A stretch of DNA of 17,614 nt, from positions 1-17,614 of the forward strand of contig JBGAGQ010000093.1 in NCBI GenBank assembly GCA_044226625.1, in the 5' to 3' direction. The DNA comes from Thermoanaerobaculia bacterium. Its GTDB lineage: Bacteria > Acidobacteriota > Thermoanaerobaculia > Multivoradales > UBA5704. This document shows, in pieces, positions 6,758-15,100 of the stretch. Below the pieces are notes generated by a model that did not search any database, was not told the origin of the DNA, and worked only from the letters and a program-made list of their open reading frames with translations. Every line of letters begins with the position of its first letter. Positions within the stretch are counted from its first letter, which is position 1. The position numbers and the translations under genes are program-made.

Positions 6758-9535
6758 ATGAAGATTTTGGAGACGCGGGTCTACCGTGGGCCCAACCTAT
6801 ACGCCCTCCGGCCGGTGATCCGGCTGAAGGTCGATCTGATGGAGCTCGAGCAGTACCCGACCTTGAAGCTTCCCGGCTTCGTCGACCGGCTGCTCGCCAC
6901 GATGCCGTCGCTCGCCGAGCACACCTGTTCGTACGACACCCCGGGCGGGTTCGTCCGCCGGATGACCGAGGACGAGGGCACCTGGCTGGGTCACGTTCTC
7001 GAGCACATGGCGCTCGAGTTCCAGTGCCTTGCCGGTACTCCCGTCACCTACGGAAAGACCCGCTCGCACGGGCTCCCGCTGGGGCAATACCACGTCATCT
7101 ATAGCTATCTCGAGGAGAGCGTCGGCCTGCGCGCGGGCGAGCTCGCCTTCCAACTGCTGCGCACGCTGCTGCCGCCCGAGCGCGAGGCCTACGACCCCGA
7201 GCCGTTCGACTACGCGCACAACCTCGAGCGTCTGGTCCGTCTGGCGCAGCGGCGCGCGTTCGGTCCCTCGACCGCGGCGCTGGTGAAGGCCGCGGAGGAT
7301 CGCGACATCCCGTGGATCCGGTTGAACAACCGGTCGCTGGTGCAGCTCGGGCACGGCAAGTTCCAGCGTCGCATCCAGGCGACGGTCACCAGCGAGACGC
7401 GGCACATCGCGGTGGAGATCGCCTCGGATAAAGAGCTCACGAACCGCATCCTCCACGACTTGGGCCTACCGGTGCCGCGCCAGCAGCTGGCGTACGACGC
7501 CGAGGAGGCGGTGGCGGCGGCGCACAAGCTGGGCTTCCCCGTGGTGGTCAAGCCGCTCGACGGCAACCACGGCCGTGGCGTGTCGATCAACCTCGCGACC
7601 CCCGAGCAGGTCGAGACCGCTTTCGGCAAGGCCGAGGAGCGTTCGGGCACGGTGATCGTCGAGACGTTCCAGACGGGCAACGACTACCGAATCCTGGTCG
7701 TCGGCGGAAAAGTGATCGCGGTCTCCGAGCGGGTTCCCGGCCACGTGATCGGCGACGGTAAGCAGACCATCGAGCAGCTGATCGACGAGGTGAACGCCGA
7801 CCCGCGGCGCGGCGTCGGTCATGAGAAGGTGCTCACCCGCCTGGAGGTGGACCATCAGGCGCTCCGTCTGCTGGAAGAGGCGGGCCTGACGCTCGAGTCG
7901 ATCCCGGAGGCGGGGAGAGTGGTCTCCCTCCGCTCGACGGGAAACCTTTCGACGGGCGGGACCTCGATCGACCGCACCGACGTCATCCATTACGACAACC
8001 GGGTGATGGCCGAGAGGGCGGTGCGCGCGGTCGGCCTGGACGTCGGCGGCGTCGATTACATCTCGCCCGACATCTCGAAAAGCTACAAGGAAGTCGGCGG
8101 CTCGATCGTCGAGATCAACGCCGCGCCGGGCTTCCGCATGCACACCAGCCCGACCGAAGGTCCGGCGCGCGACGTGGCCGGGCCGGTGATCGACCTGCTG
8201 TTCCCGACCGGCACGCCGTACCGGATCCCGATCGCCGCGATCACGGGGACCAACGGCAAGACGACCACGACGCGGATGGTCGGGCACATCCTGAAGCTCG
8301 CCGGCCACACGGTCGGCATGGCGACTTCGGATGGCGTCTACATCGACGGCCAGCTCACCGTTCGCGGCGACCTCACCGGCCCGTGGGCGAGCCACCTGGT
8401 GCTGCGCGATCCGACCGTCGACGCGGCGGTTCTGGAGACCGCGCGCGGCGGCATCGTTCGCTCCGGTCTCGGCTGGCGCAAATGCAAAGTCGGCGCGGTG
8501 CTGAACATCGCCTCCGACCACCTGGGTCTCGGCGGGATCGACGACCTCGACGATCTGGCCGAGATCAAACAGGTGGTGGTCGAGGTCGCGCAGGAGGTCT
8601 GCGTCCTGAACGCCGACGACCCGCGCGTCGCGCGCATGGCGGCCGAGAGCCCGGGGCAGCCGTTTTACGTGACGATGGAGGCCACGAACGATCTCGTGCG
8701 CCGTCACGTGCGCGAGAAGGGGCGTGCCATCGCGCTCGAAGAGAGCCTGAACGGCCGCCTGATCGCCCTCTACGACGGCGAGGAGCACGTGCCGGTCCTC
8801 TGGGCGCATCAGATTCCCGCGACGGTCGACGGCCACGCCCTCCACAACGTGCAGAACGCGATGTTCGCGACGGCGATCGCCCTCGGCATGGGGGTGTCGC
8901 TCGAAAACGTCCGCCTCGGCCTGCGCACCTTCTCGACCGACTTCTTCCAGGCGCCCGGCCGGCTCAACTTCTACAACGAGCTACCGTTCCGCGTGATCCT
9001 CGACTACGCCCACAACGCCCACGGCATGGCGGCCGTGGCCCAGACCGTCCGCGCGCTCACCGTCCGCGGGCGGCGCATCGGCGTCATCTCCGCCCCCGGC
9101 GATCGGCGCGACGAGGACATCATCGATTTGGCCCGGGAGGCGGCACCCGCCTTCGACCTGATCATCCTGCGCGAGGACGACCAGAAGCGCGGCCGACGTC
9201 CCGGCGAAGTGGGGGAGATCCTCCGACGGGGCCTGCTCGAAGCCGGCTATGCCGAGGAGCGCATCGTCCCCGGGGTCTACGACGAGCAGGAAGCGATCGA
9301 GCGCTCGCTGGCGACCGCCGAGCCCGGCGACCTCCTGGTCATCTTCGGCGACGACCTCCAGCGCGCCTGGAGCCTGATCACCGGCTTCGGCAAGCCCGGA
9401 GGCGGAGAGGCCGCCCCGGCCTTCGCCGCCGCGGCGGGCATCGCCGCCGAGCCTTCGCGCACCGAGCGCCGAGACCCGCCGCGACCGCCCCGGAGATCCT
9501 CCCAGCCGGTCGAGCCGCAAGAAGCCGCTGACTGA
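6758..9535 (+). CDS. cphA: Cyanophycin synthetase CphA1
   Basis: N-domain (RGPN..., HTCS...GGF..R...GT..GHVLEH), ATP-grasp domain (FGPST, VVVKPLDGNHGRGV, NLSTGG, EINAAPGFRMH) and Mur-ligase-like domain (ITGTNGKTTTTR, ETARGG, DHLG, PGRLN, DYAHN, GDRRD). Confidence 0.97.
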   Translation: MKILETRVYRGPNLYALRPVIRLKVDLMELEQYPTLKLPGFVDRLLATMPSLAEHTCSYDTPGGFVRRMTEDEGTWLGHVLEHMALEFQCLAGTPVTYGKTRSHGLPLGQYHVIYSYLEESVGLRAGELAFQLLRTLLPPEREAYDPEPFDYAHNLERLVRLAQRRAFGPSTAALVKAAEDRDIPWIRLNNRSLVQLGHGKFQRRIQATVTSETRHIAVEIASDKELTNRILHDLGLPVPRQQLAYDAEEAVAAAHKLGFPVVVKPLDGNHGRGVSINLATPEQVETAFGKAEERSGTVIVETFQTGNDYRILVVGGKVIAVSERVPGHVIGDGKQTIEQLIDEVNADPRRGVGHEKVLTRLEVDHQALRLLEEAGLTLESIPEAGRVVSLRSTGNLSTGGTSIDRTDVIHYDNRVMAERAVRAVGLDVGGVDYISPDISKSYKEVGGSIVEINAAPGFRMHTSPTEGPARDVAGPVIDLLFPTGTPYRIPIAAITGTNGKTTTTRMVGHILKLAGHTVGMATSDGVYIDGQLTVRGDLTGPWASHLVLRDPTVDAAVLETARGGIVRSGLGWRKCKVGAVLNIASDHLGLGGIDDLDDLAEIKQVVVEVAQEVCVLNADDPRVARMAAESPGQPFYVTMEATNDLVRRHVREKGRAIALEESLNGRLIALYDGEEHVPVLWAHQIPATVDGHALHNVQNAMFATAIALGMGVSLENVRLGLRTFSTDFFQAPGRLNFYNELPFRVILDYAHNAHGMAAVAQTVRALTVRGRRIGVISAPGDRRDEDIIDLAREAAPAFDLIILREDDQKRGRRPGEVGEILRRGLLEAGYAEERIVPGVYDEQEAIERSLATAEPGDLLVIFGDDLQRAWSLITGFGKPGGGEAAPAFAAAAGIAAEPSRTERRDPPRPPRRSSQPVEPQEAAD

Positions 9536-9722
9536 CGCCGCGCTCTTGAGGACTTCCCGCCGATAGCGGAGCGCGGTGGGAGGTTCTCCCCTCCAATAAA
9601 GAACTTCAAACAGACTCGCGAAGTCGCCCTCACTTCCGGGCTCGAAGTTCCGAGCCCTGGCGGATTGGGACGTCTGCGGCATGTTGGAAATGCCTTGGCG
9701 CAGAAAAAGTCCGCCAAAGCTC

Positions 9723-9751
9723 TTGACAGATTCTAGCGGTCGGGCAAGATT
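9723..9751 (+). promoter_or_regulatory. Sigma70-type promoter candidate upstream of the 20-nt array
   Basis: Perfect TTGACA (9723-9728), a 17-nt spacer, then AAGATT (9746-9751), within an AT-enriched stretch. Confidence 0.55.
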
Positions 9752-9793
9752 GTGCGCGTCATGCATACTCACTATGTTTCCCGGGTGAATCGG

Positions 9794-10198
9794 GAATCTG
9801 CTGGCTGCGCACCGGATCTCCCGGTCGCGGCACAAATTTCCTGGTGGCACCCGGGATTTCCTGGCGACAGCGCAAATCGGCTGGTCGCACTCTGGATTTG
9901 CTGGGCGGCCTGTCTGAGGGGCTGGCCGCGCCTGGGGTTTTGCTGGCCGCGCGCTACACCGACGGTTTTCACCGAGAAAAAGGCTGGCGACGCTCCGGAT
10001 CGGCGAACCGGAGATCTGAAATTTCCTGGCTGCGCTCCCAATTCGCTGGCGGAGCTCCAAATCGGCGGGTCGCGCTCCAAATTGGCTGGCGGATCTGGAA
10101 CCAGCGGATCGGAGAGTACGGCCAGAGACTCCCAAACCACGACCCGGAGATTCGAAGCGCGGCTGGAAGATTCCCGTCGCGGCCGGAAGGCCGTGAGC
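9794..10198 (+). repeat. Degenerate tandem array with ~20-nt period (core RRATYNSCTGG)
   Basis: The CTGG-type core recurs at 9801, 9821, 9841, 9861, 9881, 9901, 9922, 9943, 9984, 10026, 10046, 10066 and 10086. A related 20-nt periodicity (GCGGCYGGAAG) continues at 10159 and 10179. Confidence 0.8.
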
Positions 10199-10272
10199 CA
10201 AACCCAGCCGATCGTCCAATTCCTGAAACCCGTCGGCATGACGCCGGCTGGTTCTTTAGTAGGAGGCTTTTG

Positions 10273-10665
10273 ATGAGACAGCGGTACTACGCAGACCTGG
10301 CCAACGCATGGAACGTGATGGTCGAAAACGCCCGGCCCGTTTTGGAGGCGCTCGGTCCCGCGGCGTCGCGGCACGAGGTGCTCGGTCAGAAGATGGGCGA
10401 GCTCATGCGCCTCAACGAAGAGGCCGAAGGGCACCGCTCGGAGCTGGCGCGGGTGGTCAAGTTGAGAAAGGAGGCGGCAGCCACGGGTAACAAAGTCTTC
10501 CGTCGGTTCGCGGCGGATCTCCAGGCCCATCACGGCTTCGACAGCGCCGAGCTGATTCGCTACGGGCTCCAACCGAAAGGGCGGGCGCGGAAGAAGAAGG
10601 AAGCTGCGACGGCGAAGGACGTGGCCGAGAAGGGACCGGAGAAGTCGACCCTCGTAGGAGCTTGA
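10273..10665 (+). CDS. Hypothetical 130-aa alpha-helical protein with G-x-x-S-x-x-L-x-x-Y-G-x-x-P motif and Lys/Arg-rich tail
   Basis: AGGAGG RBS at 10261-10266 before ATG 10273, so the ORF-track start at 9844 is probably too long. Amphipathic/coiled-coil sequence ending in HGFDSAELIRYGLQPKGRARKKKE, followed by a terminator. Confidence 0.8.
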   Translation: MRQRYYADLANAWNVMVENARPVLEALGPAASRHEVLGQKMGELMRLNEEAEGHRSELARVVKLRKEAAATGNKVFRRFAADLQAHHGFDSAELIRYGLQPKGRARKKKEAATAKDVAEKGPEKSTLVGA

Positions 10666-10690
10666 TCCTAGGTTCCTGAAGTCGTAACTC

Positions 10691-10724
10691 TCTACGGGCG
10701 GCTGGACCCCGCCCGTAGATTTTT
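10691..10724 (+). terminator. Rho-independent terminator
   Basis: 11-bp stem TCTACGGGCGG / CCGCCCGTAGA, loop CTGGACC, followed by TTTTT. Confidence 0.85.
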
Positions 10725-10918
10725 CTCCCCGCCTTCGCCGTCGCCGACAACCTACCTGCTCCCTTCGCGGGATTCAAGCTCCCAGCCCGGCCTCTCCCAG
10801 CCGTACCTTTCCGACCCGCTGCGGTCCTCGACGCACCTCCACGCCGTTCGGGCTCGGATAGAGTTGTCGCTCGACGACTCCAGAACCCGAAAGCAACCGA
10901 GAGAAAAGGAATAGGCAC

Positions 10919-11779
10919 ATGGCCGAGCAGCCGAACACCCGCATCGCGGTCCGCGTCCAAGCGGTGGGAGGGAAGTTCCTGGGGGACGACATCGGCGGCG
11001 CGGCGATCGCCGTGCGCGACGCGCAGAGCGGCGAGCTGCTCGCCTCGGGATCGACCGCCGGGACGTCTGGAAACCTCGCGCTAGCTTATTCGCCGGCCGC
11101 TTCGTTGTCGACGATCGCAACACCGTTTCCGAACGGGCCGACGGTCGTTCGTTGGGTTTCGGCGGTCGACGGCTCGACACGGGCTACGACGACGTCGGTC
11201 TTCCTCGTCGAGCTGTTCCTCGACCGTCCCCGGCTGCTTGAGTTCGAAGCCTTCGGTCCCCTCGGCGGCCTTCAGTCGGCGCATCGCACGGTCGCGGCCC
11301 TGGCGGTCTCGCCCGGCGACGACCTCACCGCGGCGCCCGGCTTGGTCTTGAGGCTTCAAGGGCTGCTGGTCCAGGTCATGAGCCCCGCGACGCACAGCGC
11401 GTTCAATTCCGGATCCTGCACGGATCTGCAGCTCGACCTCGCTGCGAGCGTCGCCATGATGTGCGGCTGCCCGATCGAAGAGGGAGCCGAGAGCCCCTGG
11501 CAGCCAACCGACTTTTCCGTGTCGGCGACGATTCGCGAGGTGGGAGGAAAGGTGGTCGATACGGTGCCGCTCATCTTCAATGCGACCAATACGCCCGGCC
11601 TGTTCGCGGCGAAGTGGGGGATTCCGGCGAACGCCAGCGGCCAAACGATTTTCTACGAAGCGATCGTCACCGCACGCCAGAAGAGCACCAGCAACGTCGG
11701 CTCGGGAGTGGTCACGTTCTTCGTCAACCCGCCGCCGCAGCCGACGGCCACCTCGACGAACCAGGTATCTCCTATATAA
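10919..11779 (+). CDS. Hypothetical beta-rich protein with MMCGCPI motif
   Basis: 286-aa ORF with AAAGGA RBS and coding-like composition. Motifs VRVQAVGGKFLG...GGA.I.VRDA.SGELLA.G.T.G.SG and MMCGCPI...W. No obvious signal peptide. Function unknown. Confidence 0.75.
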   Translation: MAEQPNTRIAVRVQAVGGKFLGDDIGGAAIAVRDAQSGELLASGSTAGTSGNLALAYSPAASLSTIATPFPNGPTVVRWVSAVDGSTRATTTSVFLVELFLDRPRLLEFEAFGPLGGLQSAHRTVAALAVSPGDDLTAAPGLVLRLQGLLVQVMSPATHSAFNSGSCTDLQLDLAASVAMMCGCPIEEGAESPWQPTDFSVSATIREVGGKVVDTVPLIFNATNTPGLFAAKWGIPANASGQTIFYEAIVTARQKSTSNVGSGVVTFFVNPPPQPTATSTNQVSPI

Positions 11780-11839
11780 TTCGATGCGGTCATTCTATTT
11801 AGCGACGATTTGAGTCGTGCCCTCCCAAGGAGGTGGCCG

Positions 11840-12121
11840 ATGGCTCAAGGAATTTGGCTCGAAGTCGCAGACGTTCGATTCGACAGCGCCAAGGGCTGCC
11901 AAGTGCGTTTCAAGGCGGACAAGGAGGATCCCAGAGGCTGGTGGGAAGTGATGGACGACGCCTTGGGATGCAAACAGCCTGGGCTCAAAGTACGCCAAGA
12001 GATCCAGAGCGAGTTGGACAAGAAGCACACCGTGTTGGCAGAGCTGAAATGGGAGGCCGCTTCGACGGCTCCGACGTGCCAAGGAATTCGATTCTTGGGC
12101 GTCGACGCGGGTTCCCGCTGA
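11840..12121 (+). CDS. Hypothetical 93-aa protein
   Basis: AAGGAGGT RBS at 11827-11834, then ATG 11840 (MAQGIWLEVADVRFD...). Globular-looking alpha/beta composition. Stop lies 22 nt before the SIR2-STAND gene. Confidence 0.75.
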   Translation: MAQGIWLEVADVRFDSAKGCQVRFKADKEDPRGWWEVMDDALGCKQPGLKVRQEIQSELDKKHTVLAELKWEAASTAPTCQGIRFLGVDAGSR

Positions 12122-12143
12122 CGCCGGAACGGGGAGACGCGCT

Positions 12144-15100
12144 TTGAGCGCCACATTCGCGGCACACCGATTGCCGCCCCCTACCTTCCCATCTCGCGAG
12201 AGGGAAGCGCGAAGCTGGGAGATGGCGGCGCATGCCTTGACGCAGGGGACGGTGGTGGCGGTGGTGGGCGCGGGGTGCTCCGCGCCGCTCGGCTATCCGA
12301 CTTGGACGCAATTGACGTCCAGGATCGTCGAACTGACCCTCCAGCTCCTCGATCACCGCAAAACCCCCGACGATGCGGAGCTCCAGCGGGTCGCCCATTT
12401 CCGACAGCGACTGGCCGCGGAAGAATCACCGAGCTCCCAGGAGCTCATGTTCTACCTGGGCGCCTGCAAGACGCTGGTCGAACGGGCCGGAGCGGTGTCC
12501 GACTGCGACCGGACCTTCCGTGATTTGTTCTCCCCCGCGGGACGAGACGCCCCCGCCGACGCCAACCCTCACCGAGCCTTGCTGTCGCTGCAGATCTCGC
12601 GCTTCGTCACCACAAACTACGACTGCGCGCTCGAACAGGCGATCGCAGCGGAACGGAGGGTCGATTTCGCGAGGTTCGGAGTTGCTACGTCGGCGCCCGG
12701 CGGAGCGGACACGAAGATGGGGACGTTGTCCTTCACCCAACAGGCCGACAATTGCAGCCAGCTCGCGAGATTCGCCTTGGCGGTGGAGGAAGCGAAGAAC
12801 ATGGTGTTCCACTGCCACGGCCGGTTCGACGTCCCCGGCTCGATCATCGCGAGCGAGGCCGACTACCAACGATGGTACCTGCGACAGTCGCCCGACAGCC
12901 CGCCGTATTTCTTGCAGACCATCGACTTGCTGTTCGAATCGAATCCGATCCTGTTCGTCGGGTACGGATTGGGCGACGAGGACTTGCTCCGGCCGTTGCG
13001 CAGAATCGCGGCCTCGGCCCCCGAGCGCAGGCCGTATCGGCCGTTGTTCGCGCTGCTATCGGACGAGGGCGGAAAGGCCGACTCGGACCGTCACGACCGC
13101 ATGTTCGAACGGTACGGCCTCAACGTCCTCACTTACAACGAGTCCGGATCCGAAGATCCGGTGGAACGGGGACGCGATCTATCCGCCGCTCTCCGCAAGT
13201 TGGAATCGTATCGGCTGGAATGGCGCGACGGCTGGCTGGAAAAGCCGAGGTTCCGGCGTGTGACGGTGTCGACTCGGCCGCCGGAGCCCTATCGCCACTA
13301 CGACATCGACACGGGTTCGCCCTGGGTGCTGGGCGAGCGAAGGGTGGGCGAGGAGGTCGCTTCGCTGGTCGAATTCGCGCTCGACAGGGCACGGGTCATT
13401 CTGATCGTGGGCCCCGGGGGGACCGGCAAATCGTGGCACGCGACGCGCCTGCTCGAAGAGCTGACGCACCGAGGGGGTTTCGAAAGTTTCTTCTTCTGGA
13501 GCTCCTATTACGCGGACGACGCCCTCACCGGACTCGATCGCCTGGTCGCGTATATCGACCCGGAGGGCGATCGCAAGGAGTCCCGCCTGGCGAGAATCCG
13601 AAGAGCCCTTTCGCGAGGTCGGCACGCAATCGTCTTCGACGGCTTCGAGCGCCTGCTTCGACCGAGCCCGGACGACCCCGAGGTCGGCTTGAGCAACGAC
13701 CCGATCGTCAAGAAATTCCTGGAGATCTGTTCGGCGGAGAGCAGCGGCAGCACGCTCATCGTGACGAGCCGTCTGTGGCCGGCGGAGCTTCCGAGGGACG
13801 AGCCCAGGGTGCGGTTCAAGCCGCTCGAACGATTGCGGACCGACGACCTCCTTGCCGTCGAGATCTTCCGCCGCTTGGATCGCGATCAGGTCTCGATGCT
13901 CTGCGCGCTGCTGGAGGGCCACGCCTATGCCTCGCTGCTCGCCGGGCGGTTTCTTGGCTTCGTTCCGACCTCTCGGCTCGAACAGCAGTTCGTCTTGCTG
14001 CGACGCGCGCTGGCCGCCACTCCGCCGGACCGCCGCCTCGGAACGGTGATTCGATTGGTCCTGGATGCGGTGGACGAGCAGACGTTCTGCTTGGCCCGTC
14101 CGATGCTCGCGCGGCTCGCCGTCTTCATGAGTCCGGTGACCGACGCGACCCTCGCAGCCTGTTTCGCGCTGGCGGAGGAAGAAATGGGACTTGGCGGAGA
14201 CGCCGGGACGGCGGAGGCCGACGTCGTCGACCGTCTCCTTGAGGCGCAATTGATCTTCCGGGTCGTGGGTTGCCCGGGAGGACACGAGCCGGCGGCCTAT
14301 ACCGTGCACCCGACGGTCCGCAGTTTTGTCTTCGAGGGGTCGCAGCAGGTCGAAAGGGACGTCTTACCCAACTTTACGTTGGCCGGGTTCACCTCGGGGA
14401 AGGCCGCGGTGCATCCCGGAAGCACCGTCCAGGCCCGATGGGTGTCGGAACTCTTCACTCGATTGCACCGGGATGCTCAGGTCCAGGTGGAGGCGGGGCG
14501 CCACGACAAGGCGGTGCAGCTCTGCCGAAGCCTCTTTGGAGTGGTTCGCTCGCGGATGGAAGCGAACACGGCGCCCCGATGGTGCAGCTACCAGGACTAT
14601 CTCGGTTTCGGCGTGAGGGTAATCGACCTCGCCAAGTCGCTTTCGACTCGCTGGCTCTTTCGGGAGCGGCACGAATTGGACGAAGTCGAGGACGCGGCGT
14701 CTCCCCTCTACGCCGACGAGGTCGCGTTTTGCTACAACGACGTCGGCTTGGCGCTTTGCGCCGAAGGCTTCATGCGGGACACGCTCGACGTCTGGGAGCA
14801 AGGGTACGAGATCAACCGCCTCCTCGAAGGGATGGCGGAGGTGCCGCTCTATTCCCTCCAATCCCAGCTCCATCTGGGTCATACCTTCATCGAGATCGGC
14901 GACCTGAAGATGGCCAGCCAGTACCTGGAAGAAACCAAGCGGACGAATTTCAAGGTCAGCGATGTCGACTACGGTGCGCGCATCCTGGGCTATCAGGCGC
15001 TGGTCGCCCACTACCGCAACCATATCGAGGAGGCGGACCACAAATACAAGGAGGCGCTGCGGCAGCTCCGGGCTTCTGGAGGAAACGCGCGAGCCGAAAG

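Noticed and set aside
9794-10098. CRISPR array interpretation
   Set aside because: There are no identical repeats of 23 nt or more separated by unique spacers, the total period is only 20 nt, and no cas genes are in the window.
9844-10272. N-terminal extension of the 130-aa protein in the ORF track
   Set aside because: It is a translation of the non-triplet array, and a strong AGGAGG RBS supports ATG 10273.
9752-10273. 173-aa ORF covering the array, with its stop overlapping the next ATG (TGATG)
   Set aside because: It has no RBS and an unnatural W/C/G/S-rich sequence, and the underlying 20-nt period is out of frame with codons. Other frames are also open across the same region (9844+ and 9772..10572-), as expected for stop-poor repeats. 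A leaderless leader peptide from ATG 9761 cannot be fully excluded.
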